A stretch of DNA of 62,569 nucleotides, filler included, from Globobulimina sp. (Eukaryota): assembly GCA_003354225.1 (NCBI GenBank). It is 42 parts of 42 records of this genome, joined end to end, with 100 filler letters (N's around TTAATTAATTAA, not from the genome) between each part and the next. Parts side by side here need not be neighbours in the genome. Positions count along the whole stretch, not along the records: positions 47,760 to 49,150 come from PIVH01017430.1; positions 49,251 to 50,641 come from PIVH01017431.1; positions 50,742 to 52,132 come from PIVH01017432.1; positions 52,233 to 53,623 come from PIVH01017433.1; positions 53,724 to 55,114 come from PIVH01017434.1; positions 55,215 to 56,605 come from PIVH01017435.1; positions 56,706 to 58,096 come from PIVH01017436.1; positions 58,197 to 59,587 come from PIVH01017437.1; 34 more parts are not named here. One strand, written 5' to 3'. A program made the position numbers and the translations under genes. Within the stretch, counting starts at the first letter, position 1; each line of letters starts with the position of its first letter. The notes below the pieces were generated by a model. It saw only the letters and a program-made list of their open reading frames with translations, was not told where the DNA came from and ran no database searches. Below are positions 47,660 to 59,687 of the stretch, piece by piece.

Positions 47660-47896
47660 NNNNNNNNNNNNNNNNNNNNNNNNNNNNNNNNNNNNNNNNN
47701 NNNTTAATTAATTAANNNNNNNNNNNNNNNNNNNNNNNNNNNNNNNNNNNNNNNNNNNNGGCAGTGCTGTGAATGCCTGCCAGCGGTGTTGATTCTGATC
47801 TTGATCAGTTTGTGGTTTGCAAAATAACTTTAAAGCACTTTGAGGTCTTACATGGCAGTCATCACAGACTTCATCGTTATGTTAAAAATATAATTT

Positions 47897-48165
47897 ATGA
47901 TTGCTCCAGTTATTACATTTTTTGAGAAATTAATTACTGAATTTACATGGCAACGATTAGTGTTTATTCTCATTATCACTTTCATGGCAGGCGGTAGTTT
48001 TATTATCTACGAAACATATACTGGCAATTTTCGTCTTAACAAGATAGAGCGTTCTGCAAAGCTTCTTAATGATTTGGAAGATCTTTCTCAGAAAACTCGC
48101 GATTCTGGGAATGCAACAACAAGCAAAATCCTCAAAGGCCTTACTGATGATTTGGATTTTTTCCT
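47897..48165 (+). CDS. Prokaryotic-style membrane protein N-terminus, truncated at a probable chimeric junction
   Basis: One TM helix followed by a helical segment; sequence character changes abruptly near 48165. Confidence 0.45.
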
Positions 48166-48300
48166 ACTATTAGTGGACTTTTTCAGGGACAAATAACGCA
48201 CAAAATGACATGTCACTTACCCCCGGGTTAAAATTCCCAGTTGTGAATTCTTTAGGCACAAATAACGCACAAAATACGCACTCCGGGCAGCACCACGGAC

Positions 48301-48525
48301 ACACGAGGCCAAGCACATACAATAAAACACGCCGCTGATTTAATTTGCACAACAACTAACAGTTTATCTGAGATTGAAATCTCAGGGCCGGATGCTACTT
48401 TGGGCGAGCGCGGCGAATTAGATTGTCGTCGTGCAAGAAAAGCATTTGATTTTTGTCCGCAAACAGATTTAAAAGAAGGACTGGAGTTATATTATGAGTG
48501 GATCAAACAGTTTTATACCATTTAA
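48301..48525 (+). CDS. NAD-dependent epimerase/dehydratase C-terminus (not in the ORF track)
   Basis: TRGQAHTIKHAADLI...RGELDCRRARKAFDFCPQTDLKEGLELYYEWI; overlaps the downstream start. Confidence 0.75.
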   Translation, partial: TRGQAHTIKHAADLICTTTNSLSEIEISGPDATLGERGELDCRRARKAFDFCPQTDLKEGLELYYEWIKQFYTI

Positions 48526-49150
48526 CGGTGTAATTCGACAGAACGAAAGCCTCCGCTGGGAGCTTCAAGATGTAATATCAGAAGTAATGCTGTCCGGCGA
48601 TTTGCTTAACGGTTATAAAAAAGCAATGTTTGAAGATCAGGTTGCTTGTCGTGTTGGCCGTGAATATGCCATATGTGTCAACAGTGGCACAAACGCCATC
48701 CACTATATATTTGATTGGCTATCTACACAAAACCTCGAACCACAAATATCAGATTGGAAAACAACACCATCAATCGCAGTACCAAACTATTCTTTCCGCA
48801 CAACAGACAATGTTATAGCTAACCGCGGACAGCCCAGATATATCGACGTTGATTCGCAAAGCGGGTTAATGGACTTAAAAAGCGAAACGTTTCAAGGTAA
48901 GCTGGACATCATTATGTATGTTAATCTGTTTGGGAACATGCTAAACTATGAGGAATTAGTTACTGTTACAAACTTGTTTAGCGATAACAAAGACGCTGTA
49001 ATAATCGAAGATGCTGCACAAAGCTTTGGAGCAAAATGGAAGGGACAACATAGCGGAAGCTTTGGTGACTTTAGCATATTCAGCTTTGATCCTACAAAAA
49101 ACTTCGGTAGCTCTACTGGTGGAGGAGGTATGATACTAACTGATAACCAC
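48494..49150 (+). CDS. DegT/DnrJ/EryC1/StrS PLP-dependent sugar aminotransferase; truncated
   Basis: VNSGTNAI, IEDAAQSFG and FSFDPTKN; GGAG upstream of the start. Confidence 0.93.
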
Positions 49151-49484
49151 NNNNNNNNNNNNNNNNNNNNNNNNNNNNNNNNNNNNNNNNNNNNTTAATT
49201 AATTAANNNNNNNNNNNNNNNNNNNNNNNNNNNNNNNNNNNNNNNNNNNNTTGTGACATTGCACGAGATGCACAAAGTGGATATTGTTCATTTTATATGG
49301 TGTCATGCACAAAGGATTATGGCAGAGCCTGTCTATCATATCATGTATTTGCAAATAATCAAGATATGGATGACATATTGAAATGGAGTTTGAAACAAAT
49401 ACAAACTGTTAAACAATTAGTGACTGCTTTTAACACCTTACAATGGGGCAATATCCATACAAATCTACAGTCCTTGTGCACACA

Positions 49485-50641
49485 TTATTGATTTGTAAAT
49501 TCCATTTTATACGGCCAAGGCACTTTGAGCTTCCATTTTTTATCTTTTCTATCCTGAATGAGCTGTTGTAACTGTTGCCTATCAGATTTCGTTTCTTTTT
49601 CCGTTTGTTTATCAACCTCCAGATTATCAGTATTAATCCATTTTTGTTTATTTGCATGTTGTACAATATGCTCTAACACTTTCGGATCCATGTCATCCAA
49701 ATCAATCCTAGTCAAGTCAATGGTTTTTTGATAGTCTCTCGGCAATGACATCCTTTGATAATTACCTTTTACACCTTTAGCATCGCGAAATATTTGACCT
49801 ATGGATTGCTGTTCAATGCCAAAACAATCATCCAATTGAACTGAACTCGTTCCAATACGATGAATGTCCTCACCATTCACCTTCGTATTATTGTTTGACA
49901 ATATAGTTTTATACTGATTGATTAATGCCATTTGAACATGCCATGCTAAATCAAGATCATACTCATTAAAAAATGAAATGACTCTGCCATTATGCTTACG
50001 TGTGCTCGTTCCACCTCTTCCAGTCCGACCACAACGATGTAAATAATCGGTTGCGTGGTTCGGGAATTCACAATTTATCACAATATCAACATTCTTAAAG
50101 TCCACACCGCGATTTGCAAAATCACTTGTTACCAATAAATGAATATTATTCGCAATCTCCGAATATTCGACATTTTCATTTTTAGTCACCTCAGAGTCAG
50201 ACACTGGAGCTTTGTTTATCTCCTCATTGATCGCAATGTTTTTCTTAACAACACCCTCATCCGCTTGATTGCTTTGCGGTTCTCCAGCTTCAAAGTCTTG
50301 CAATCTCTGTTTTCTTTCCTCTCGATGCAACTGACTGTGAATACAACGGGTGTTAACCCATCCATTCTCTAACAAGAATTTGTAACATTGTCGAGTAAAT
50401 TTTTTCGTATTTACAAATATCAAAATATGTAATTGTTTTTGCTTATTTTCCCATTCATTCAGTTCCGCATTTTTCTGCTTCTTACTCCTCCTTTTCCTTT
50501 TTTTATGCTTTCCCTTTTCTGCTCTGAGCTCACTGTCATTGTTTTCCTGCAGAATGTCCTCATCTGCTTCAAACATAATTTTATACAAATGATCTCTGGC
50601 CAATCCAATCAAAACTTGATGCAAAATGTCTAATTCCATGC
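49485..50641 (-). CDS. DEAD-box RNA helicase C-terminal domain (organellar/DDX28-like)
   Basis: ILIFVNT, TSDFANRGVD and DYLHRCGRTGR. Confidence 0.85.
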
Positions 50642-50741
50642 NNNNNNNNNNNNNNNNNNNNNNNNNNNNNNNNNNNNNNNNNNNNTTAATTAATTAANNN
50701 NNNNNNNNNNNNNNNNNNNNNNNNNNNNNNNNNNNNNNNNN

Positions 50742-51798
50742 ACATCACCACAAATGGAATTGACAACAGTTATCGAAGCTACTTCGTACCAATCCCATGC
50801 GTCTTTCAATAAAATATTTAACATTCCGGCTCTAAATGTTGTTTTATATAAATCCTCTTTGTTAATACAAACAGAACTAACTTTATCTCGATACAATTCT
50901 TTTTGTAAGTGATTCAGCACAAGCGTTGTTTTAGTTATTTCATATTCTGCATTTTGTGCATATGTCGAATCCACACATTGTTGTAGTTTGTGATAAATAT
51001 TTCGATTATATTTCATGAATATGACATATCCAATGTATAATACAAATAATGTCAATGATTCAAACCATTCGATTTTTTGTGGGGAAACTGGTATAAAAAA
51101 TATTGATAATACTGATAAAGCAAATGCATAATAACTGCAATCTCGAGCTAGTGGCCACCACGTTAATTCCAATGGTTTTGGTGCAGAAAAGGCACAAACA
51201 CCAATTACAAATAACACATTAAACACAGCTGAACCAACAATAGCAGCAAAGCCAACATCCGTTTCTTGAAATGTACCAATAAAAGATGTAAATAATTCTG
51301 GTGCTGATCCACCTAAACATATTATCAACAAATTATTTATTTGTTTTAATATATAAATACGTATATACCTGCGGCCATTAATGTAGCTCCAGCGACATCG
51401 TTTGATATTTTTAATTTCAATGTTATTGTTTCTAATGAAGGTACAAAAAATTCGTCACAAATGATTGCTAATGCAATAAACATATATAATGTGCCAAGAA
51501 AACAAAATACGGCAAGCCAGCCGGGATCTGCAGCTTTCCCAAAACATTCTTTTTCCGATGATAATAAATTCCGATTATGATTACTTTTGGTACATAATGA
51601 GACTGATTTGCTGTGCGTTTGATATGTTGTGTAGATACACGGTAATATGATGAATGCAAATATAACAATTGATGTTCCAATGTATTTAAAATTGCTTTTG
51701 CTGATAAGTTTTTTTTTGAATGTTGATGGTAATGGCATCGAATAATATTCTGACAGCTTGGTAGCCCATCCATGCTTTCTTGATCTGTCAGATTGCAT
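50742..51798 (-). CDS. K+-dependent Na+/Ca2+ exchanger (NCKX/SLC24); intron 51313-51368; truncated
   Basis: [42 protein letters not shown] and WWPLARD. Confidence 0.95.
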
Positions 51799-52961
51799 CT
51801 TTCTGTCAAACACAGCAGTTTTGCTGCAGTTTGTTGATATTATTGCTAGATAACTTCAAAAAACGTTTTGTGATAATGGAAATGTTCAATGGCTATGATA
51901 ATAATAATAATTAATAAATAATAGTAACACATTATTAGAGTAATTAAATAATAATGGATGTCAACAGAATAAAACACACTTGTAATGCAATAAAAATAAT
52001 ACGAAATAAGAAAGTTAAACGTGTTGCTACGTAGCTGCGTTATAGAAAATCATAATTTATGATCATAGTTAAAAATCATTATGTGACATATATACAAAAA
52101 GTGAGACGTCTCACAAAAGAATTACTTTTGATNNNNNNNNNNNNNNNNNNNNNNNNNNNNNNNNNNNNNNNNNNNNTTAATTAATTAANNNNNNNNNNNN
52201 NNNNNNNNNNNNNNNNNNNNNNNNNNNNNNNNTCATACGGTGGATTTATTTTTATCATACATTGGATGTGTTTTATATGCATTGGAGTCTTTTATTACAC
52301 ATTATTACATTGATCCTTTTTCCGATGGTGAAAATTATAACGTATTGAATTATATTATAAATTTATAATGAATAAATATATCGATTATTGGTTATTAAAT
52401 TATTCCGCATCAAGTATACGCGCGATTGTATAATACACCCAAAACGTATCATATTTACAGATTGCATCAGAATATATGCAACAAAAATATCCATATTCCA
52501 CATGATTCTGTACCTCGAACAAGAAAGAAAAGAGAAATTATTAACAGAATTATATAAAATGGCTGCTACCAAACGTACTATTTTAAGCAAGCAAAGTGGT
52601 GAGATACAAGCAACATTATCAAAAACAGAAACAATTCATGAAAGGTGTAGTTTAACACTGCAAAATGAAATATATTAAACAAGTAAAACAGCACATTGTT
52701 AATGCATCGAAACAAGACATCAATGTTTATTATAATCCATATCCAAAAATAAAATCAACAAAATAAATGCGTATAATTTTATCAAGCGATATTTGCGGTG
52801 ATATTAACATAACAGAAAATCTAATATAATAATATAAACATTATAAAATGTATACGTATGGTATTGTTAAAACCATTTTATGCATTACCAAAAACACCGT
52901 TTGTTTTGTTTGTTTTCTGTGTGTTTGCCATAAAATTCACCAACTGCTAAAATAAAATGTA

Positions 52962-53103
52962 CAAAGTATAAAAAAAAACAGCTGTTGGTAAACAAGTATA
53001 TATAAAAAAATCAGGTGTTGGTAAACAAGTATAAAAAAAAAATCTGCTGTTGGTAAACAAATATAAAAAAATTAAAATTGCATGGTAAGCAAATATAAAA
53101 AAT
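52962..53103. repeat. ~32-bp degenerate tandem repeat (TGTTGGTAAACAAGTATAAAAA), about four copies
   Basis: Direct inspection. Confidence 0.8.
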
Positions 53104-53300
53104 AATTTAACAGTGTGTAAACAAACAGTACAACAAGATTTTCAGAATAGCATGACAACAATTTTAAGTAATAAAAAACTTTTTAGTGGAAAGTGAGTTT
53201 TGAAAATGTGATAAACAACAAAGTTTTGTTCTTTTTGTGTTGTGTTTACTTATTTTTATAGTGAATAACTTGTAAGGTATATTGTTTTGGAGTCAATGTA

Positions 53301-53609
53301 TTGTATCAATGTGGTAATGGTTCAGATAGAAATGTATATTTACCACAACCAAATGAAACATTAGAAAAGGAAACAATTATTGATATTAAATGTGGCAGAC
53401 ATCATAATATTGTTAAAACAGCGGATAACAAATATTATTTATGGGGATTAAATTTATATAATCAATGTTTATCTGTTCGTGATGCCAATCCGCCAAAATA
53501 TATTAAGAAACCCTTATTATTTAATTCAAATTATTTTGATACATATGAAGAAATACTTGAAATGTATCCTGGATTAAATGAAACACGAATAATAATTTGT
53601 AAAATTTAA
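53301..53609 (+). CDS. RCC1-repeat protein, 3' exon
   Basis: IIDIKCGRHHNIV...YYLWGLNLYNQC. Confidence 0.75.
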   Translation: MYQCGNGSDRNVYLPQPNETLEKETIIDIKCGRHHNIVKTADNKYYLWGLNLYNQCLSVRDANPPKYIKKPLLFNSNYFDTYEEILEMYPGLNETRIIICKI

Positions 53610-54279
53610 ATAATAAAGCCAAANNNNNNNNNNNNNNNNNNNNNNNNNNNNNNNNNNNNNNNNNNNNTTAATTAATTAANNNNNNNNNNNNNNNNNNNNN
53701 NNNNNNNNNNNNNNNNNNNNNNNGCTTTGCGAAATGTCTAATTTTGTTGATTATTTGAATTATGATTATGTATAAAATACAACCGCTGCTCAGCTGCACT
53801 TGAATAATGCGAAATATTTAGGTCCATTTGAAACTTAGAGGCCTTTGTGATTGTTTTGTTTCCATTTTGTATGAAGATAAGGATTTAAATACATGTATTC
53901 CTCAGGTGATTGAATAAAATATAGAATTTATTTATTATTGATCAATAATAACAGGTGCTGTGCAGGGAATATATCTTAAAGAGCGGAGAGAAAAATATAA
54001 GACGTTGCAGTTGATCTGCAGTTGTTTGGTTGTTATCTTTTCGCAATTATGTACAGTTGTTTTTATTTATTATCTCGCAGTTAATCACAAATGTATTGAC
54101 TGTCTCAGTGCTTATAAGTTTATACAAAATATATAAAATACATTACATACATTAAATATTGAGATGACATAAGAGCGCGAAGAATAAAGTGCCGTCATTC
54201 TTCAAGTTTGGACAAGGTATGTTTCAGTAAAATTATTATAATTAAAGTATATTAATATCTATATATTTACAATTTTAAA

Positions 54280-55114
54280 TTATCGTGGCACAGAAAACAC
54301 TTTGTAGCTTAATTGTGATTGATCCATTAACACATATGAAGTGTCTGATGGTTTATCAGTGCTTTCAAGCACAGGCGAACCGCATTCAGCATCATAACAT
54401 ACAGCTTCTTGATCCAATAACGTAGCATTGCCACCATTGCCATCTACAAATGCTTCCTCTGCCGAACTTTTTGGATGTTTGCATGAGTTTTTCATTTTGA
54501 GTAATAATGCAATGAATGATATGATAATGACACCAATGATAACTGTGACGAATGGGCCTTGGGATAGTCTCTGGGGTTCATGTGATACTAACATTGGATT
54601 ATACTCTTCCAGCATAACATCATAATCCGATCGCATATAATTGTGATTGCTTGGTATTTCCACGGTGAATACGTCAATATCCGCCATTGTATCACCAATA
54701 TTTTCAATACGAATATCATATTCATAATCACCATCTGCATAGACTGCATTTGGTGCCGTTATATCCATGATTTGTGATATTTGAGATGCAATACGTTTTG
54801 GAACACCAGCAATGGACATCATTTGTTGAATAATATCGGATTCGACTCCAACTGGTTCAAATAATTTTTTTGCCGTTGAATCTGTCATAATCGCTTCCAT
54901 TTGTTCCTCAATGGGGTGTGAAGCCAGTGAAGGATGGGGCGCCCTTTGTATATTAATGGTGTGTGGATGCGGTTCTGTAATGGCAGTGGGTTCAGTGATG
55001 GCAATGGGGTCTGTGATGGCAATGGGGTCTGTGATGGCAATGGGGTCTGTGATGGCAATGGGTTCTGTGATGGCAATGGGTTCAGTGATGGCAATGGGTT
55101 CAGTGATGGCAATG
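54280..55114 (-). CDS. Type I membrane protein with (IAITE/DP)n stalk repeats; 5' truncated
   Basis: The 54280-54900 frame stays open to the contig end through 18-bp repeats; TM FVTVIIGVIIISFIALLL. Confidence 0.75.
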
Positions 55115-55215
55115 NNNNNNNNNNNNNNNNNNNNNNNNNNNNNNNNNNNNNNNNNNNNTTAATTAATTAANNNNNNNNNNNNNNNNNNNNNNNNNNNNNN
55201 NNNNNNNNNNNNNNT

Positions 55216-56605
55216 GATGCTTGGGGACTGCCACTACCTTATGCACGAGTAGAACGTATGTCAATTAATTATTACATGTTCAAAGATCTTGGAGGTGCAC
55301 CGGAAGTGATGACAACCCGAGCAGCGTACTATAACGTTTGGGCACAAGTTGAAGAAATTACCGATCTTTTGGCTGTAGAGAATGATTCTACTTCTCGGTT
55401 CAATTTGAGACAGAAACAGAAGAAGTTAGTAGTCAAAGCCAAAGAAGATTTGACTACATTGTATGAAGAAGTTGTGAAGTCATGTAAATTCAACCTTATC
55501 ATCATGACATTCAAACAAGGTGAAGCCTATCTGGGTAAGTTCAAAGTGGATCTGCACATTACTACATTATTAGCAGATGAAGCATCATATGCTACTGACA
55601 CCGACACATTCATTGCCTGCCGATTACTAGCTGATAAAGTCGCTCGACAAGTAGTGCTATGTGGTGATCCGATGCAATTGGATCCCGTAGTACAAGCTCA
55701 TGCTGCATCTGGACGATTACAAGCAATCAGTACACAAGCAAGATTACAAGCACCCGGTTCCATTTTGAAAAAGGTGATCTTTCCATATACTGTCGAATCT
55801 GCTATTGACAAATTACAAGTTCCAGAGGCTAACATCAAGCCTACAATTTTGACACAGATGTTGACCAAGACATTCAGACAATCAGCCTTGATGGGTAATT
55901 TTACATCAGAAGCATTTTACAAAGGTAAGGTTAAAACGGGTTTGACAGAAGAACAACAGAAAGTTAAAGATTGGGCTGGTTGGCGTTTACCTTGGGGCAC
56001 TGAAGGTTTTTCTCTGGCTTACTTGGCAGTACGTGGAACCGAGGAAAGTATTGATGGTGAAAGTCGAATCAATATGAATCAAATCCGACAAAGTGTTGTA
56101 TTGGTTTGGTACATCGGAGAAGTAATGAAAGCCTTTGAATTGGACCATATTATGATTTTGACACCATATGCAGGTACAGCAGCAATAGTTGAAGACATGT
56201 TAGCACAGAGATGGAATAATGCAGATAAACGACCTCGGTGTAAAACAGTAGATTCTGCTCAAGGTCAAGAATATCCATGTGTCATTCTTTTGACAGTCCG
56301 CTGTGCTAGTATGGATCATTTGGCAAAGTTTTGGTCTATGTATGCACGAACAGATCAAGGTACGACACTTAATTCTCATTACCCAAATTATGAACATTCA
56401 GCCATACAACTTTACACCAAGGTTTGGTTTACCGGTTTCTTGCAAAGTCCTAATCGTATCAATGTAGCAACGAGTCGACACCAACAAGCATTGATTATAC
56501 TCGGTGATCCCTTGACAGGTGATCTCAGTAGACCTTTGTATTTACTTAGTCGTTTTGCATTGGCCAATCATACTTTGTTTGAAAATGGTGTTGCCGCTTG
56601 GATCA
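55216..56605 (+). CDS. Upf1/DNA2-like SF1 helicase (AAA_11/AAA_12), intronless; open at both ends
   Basis: LADEAS, LCGDPMQLDP, LTKTFRQ, ILTPY, TVDSAQGQE and NRINVATSR. Confidence 0.9.
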
Positions 56606-56705
56606 NNNNNNNNNNNNNNNNNNNNNNNNNNNNNNNNNNNNNNNNNNNNTTAATTAATTAANNNNNNNNNNNNNNNNNNNNNNNNNNNNNNNNNNNNNNN
56701 NNNNN

Positions 56706-58092
56706 GAGAAAAACACCAACAAAGATGATGCAAACTGATGATTTTCCACTGCCAGATACGCCAACATCTCTCACTTCATCATATAACGCAGACGTATCAT
56801 ATAACCAAGACACACAGAAAAACATGGTTGAGAGCACAAATAAAATTAAATATAACCCATTAGATGACTCCATAGAATCGTTTGTTTCGTATCGGGTATC
56901 TCCTACTCAGCATAATAAAAATAATAAGAGCATTTTTGTAGATTTTGCAGACATTGACGGAATGATTGAGAAAAAGATGAGTGAAAATCAACACGAAAAT
57001 GATACTCATTTAATCCAAAAATGGTTAGAAGACAGAAAAAGATGGGATGTCATTCAACGAAAATATGAACAAAAACTGCTGAAACAAGAATTAAAATATC
57101 AAAATGAAATAAAAAATCTGACTCAGCACATTGAATCCAAGCAAAATAAGCAAATTATTAAAATGGACGCTGACTATCACGAATTGTCTGAAAATAATCG
57201 TATATTAAATACAAAATACCAAGATTTGCAAGAATCATTTGATGAAAAACAAAATGAGATTCGAAGTTTAAAAGAAAAATTAGATGAAAAAGGTGAAATT
57301 ATTAATATATTACAGACAGAAAATAAAAATCCCGGAATTCGAAATGAAGAAATTTCAGAATATAAGCTCGAAAATGAGAGACTAAAACATTTGGAACTAA
57401 CCTCCCAAAATATGGTAGAAAGATTATTAAAAAGATTGGAGCAACAAATTCATTCTTCTGAAAAGATACAAAAACAATTAAATTTAAAAGAAGAAGAACA
57501 CGAAAAAGAAATTATGAAATTGGAACAAATCAATGCCAAATTACAAAAACATTTAACTGTTTTCAATGCGCCGCAGCCACCATTCTCGCGATCGAGGTGT
57601 TCCTCTCAGTCATCTTTGTTTACATTAAACACTGTTATGACAATGGACAAACCCAAAGACTTAAACTTAGATTCAAAGCAAAGACAATCTGTGCATATAG
57701 ATACTGAGAAAGATAATGAATTTGCAAAACAAAGCGAATTAAATGAGAGATTAATAGCAGATATTAATCGATTTGAGATCATGGTGAATGACGAGAAAGA
57801 TATGATAAATAATTTACAAATAACAATAGGCCAACAAAGAAATAGTATATCCATTTTAGAAAAATCAAATTCCGACATTTCATCGGAATTAATCGAACAA
57901 CGCGCATTAAGACAAGAGTTTGAAAAAGAAGTTGAAGATTTACAATTTGATAATAAACAATTAAGAAAGAAATTAATTTCCTTCAAAAAACATATGGAAG
58001 AAACAGTGGATGGCAGATTTGAACATTGTCCGCGTCCCGCTTCTGCCAACAATGCAATACGGCGACCGGGCGAAGTCATTGGCAATTTTTGA
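56706..58092 (+). CDS. Long coiled-coil protein, partial
   Basis: E/K/Q/L-rich heptad pattern over about 300 aa. Confidence 0.7.
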
Positions 58093-58196
58093 ATTTNNNN
58101 NNNNNNNNNNNNNNNNNNNNNNNNNNNNNNNNNNNNNNNNTTAATTAATTAANNNNNNNNNNNNNNNNNNNNNNNNNNNNNNNNNNNNNNNNNNNN

Positions 58197-58643
58197 TTAT
58201 ATGAATATAGCCATTATCGTCAGTTGCAATGCAAGCACAAATGTCAGTGTACGTTGTAGATTCGGCGTTTGCTGTTTTAATGAATTCCTTAGTTTGCATA
58301 TTAACGCTTACTATGGATTGAGTTCCATCCATATTACCATATAAATAGAGCTTTTTGCAGTTTTGCGAATCAAAATCTTGTAATATTATTTTATGATTTC
58401 CAATATCAAACTTATCAGGATATGGCACAAATTCTTTCCAATATTGGCAGTCCAGATTGTATTTGTAAATCCCTGGTACTTTCTCATTTGCGCATTTAGA
58501 TTCGAGCGACTGAATGCGGTCCGTGTTGCTAACACAAATTCATCAGTGTTAAATGAGGCAACAGAACCTGAATATATATGCTTTGGAATATTATTCAGTT
58601 TTATCCAGGGAGCAAATGGATTTTTTTTAGTTTTTTGCGCCAT
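58197..58643 (-). pseudogene. Kelch/beta-propeller protein with a frameshift near 58490
   Basis: The ATG frame switches to PGIYKYNLDCQYWKEFVPYP...KLYLYG with no obvious intron. Confidence 0.55.
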
Positions 58644-58699
58644 TGTTTCTATTGTTTCTATTGTTTTTTCGTAGACAGTGAACCATAATTTTCAAAGAA

Positions 58700-59587
58700 A
58701 TGAAGAATAGAGAAGGATATCTACGACCTATTGAAGAACCCAACAATATTAATCATAACAGCACAACAGCAACATGTTGTGGGGTGATGGGCATTGTCTG
58801 CGTATATGCTTGCATTGCAACTGTAGGTTTGACATTTTTGATCATGGACAGAATACAATCAGGAAAAATTTATTATTTTTACCATAATAATTACTCCCGT
58901 CATTATACATATGTCAATAAAATTGAATGCGGCCATGCGTCAATCAGAGTGCATTGTTCTCATACATTTGGATCTGATCAATATCACCATGATATTTTCT
59001 ATGTTTTGAATACGACCAAATTTGACAGATACAAAGTAAATGAAGTATACAAAGACGCGCAAGATGAGGCCACAATATATATCATTTGCACTTACATTGG
59101 CTGTTTATGCCCGTATGTCATATTGCCATTTTTATGGTTATTGAAACCTGATAGAGATGCAAAACAGTGTCACATTGCAACCAAGCATAAATGTGTAACG
59201 TTATTTCTTTTGAGTATGGTTGCGTCGATTGTTGCTGTTGTGTTTGGTGTTAAATTAAGTAATGAACAGAACTGTAGCGATGGCTTACAGCAATATATTG
59301 AATTGCAAATAGGAATAAGTGATTGGAACGAGTCTTATGAATGGACACAAGATCCACATACGGAATATGGAGCCACATTGATATTTATGATGGTAAATTG
59401 TGGCATAACATTAATATTTACCATGTTATCCGCCAACTGTGTTCTACGTCCTTCTAAGAAACGAAATGCTAAAATACGGGCTTATTCACATTTTATAGAA
59501 GGAGTGGAAGAAGCTATAAGTTCCAAAAGATATGGATCGGCAAAACTGGCAAAATATAGCGTCAACCTATATTCTGAAGGTGTTTGA
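58700..59587 (+). CDS. Four-TM membrane protein of unknown function
   Basis: Complete ORF with four hydrophobic helices. Confidence 0.7.
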   Translation: MKNREGYLRPIEEPNNINHNSTTATCCGVMGIVCVYACIATVGLTFLIMDRIQSGKIYYFYHNNYSRHYTYVNKIECGHASIRVHCSHTFGSDQYHHDIFYVLNTTKFDRYKVNEVYKDAQDEATIYIICTYIGCLCPYVILPFLWLLKPDRDAKQCHIATKHKCVTLFLLSMVASIVAVVFGVKLSNEQNCSDGLQQYIELQIGISDWNESYEWTQDPHTEYGATLIFMMVNCGITLIFTMLSANCVLRPSKKRNAKIRAYSHFIEGVEEAISSKRYGSAKLAKYSVNLYSEGV

Positions 59588-59687
59588 NNNNNNNNNNNNN
59601 NNNNNNNNNNNNNNNNNNNNNNNNNNNNNNNTTAATTAATTAANNNNNNNNNNNNNNNNNNNNNNNNNNNNNNNNNNNNNNNNNNNN

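Noticed and set aside
47760-47885. Integron attC site upstream of the 47897 ORF (ends GTTATGT)
   Set aside because: The contig starts inside the region and I cannot identify a matching inverse core or paired L boxes.
54885-55170. ORF-track proteins (PSQTPL)n, (GSVMAM)n and (DGNGVC)n
   Set aside because: Alternative frames of one 18-bp repeat; the frame continuous with the TM protein reads (IAITE/DP)n.
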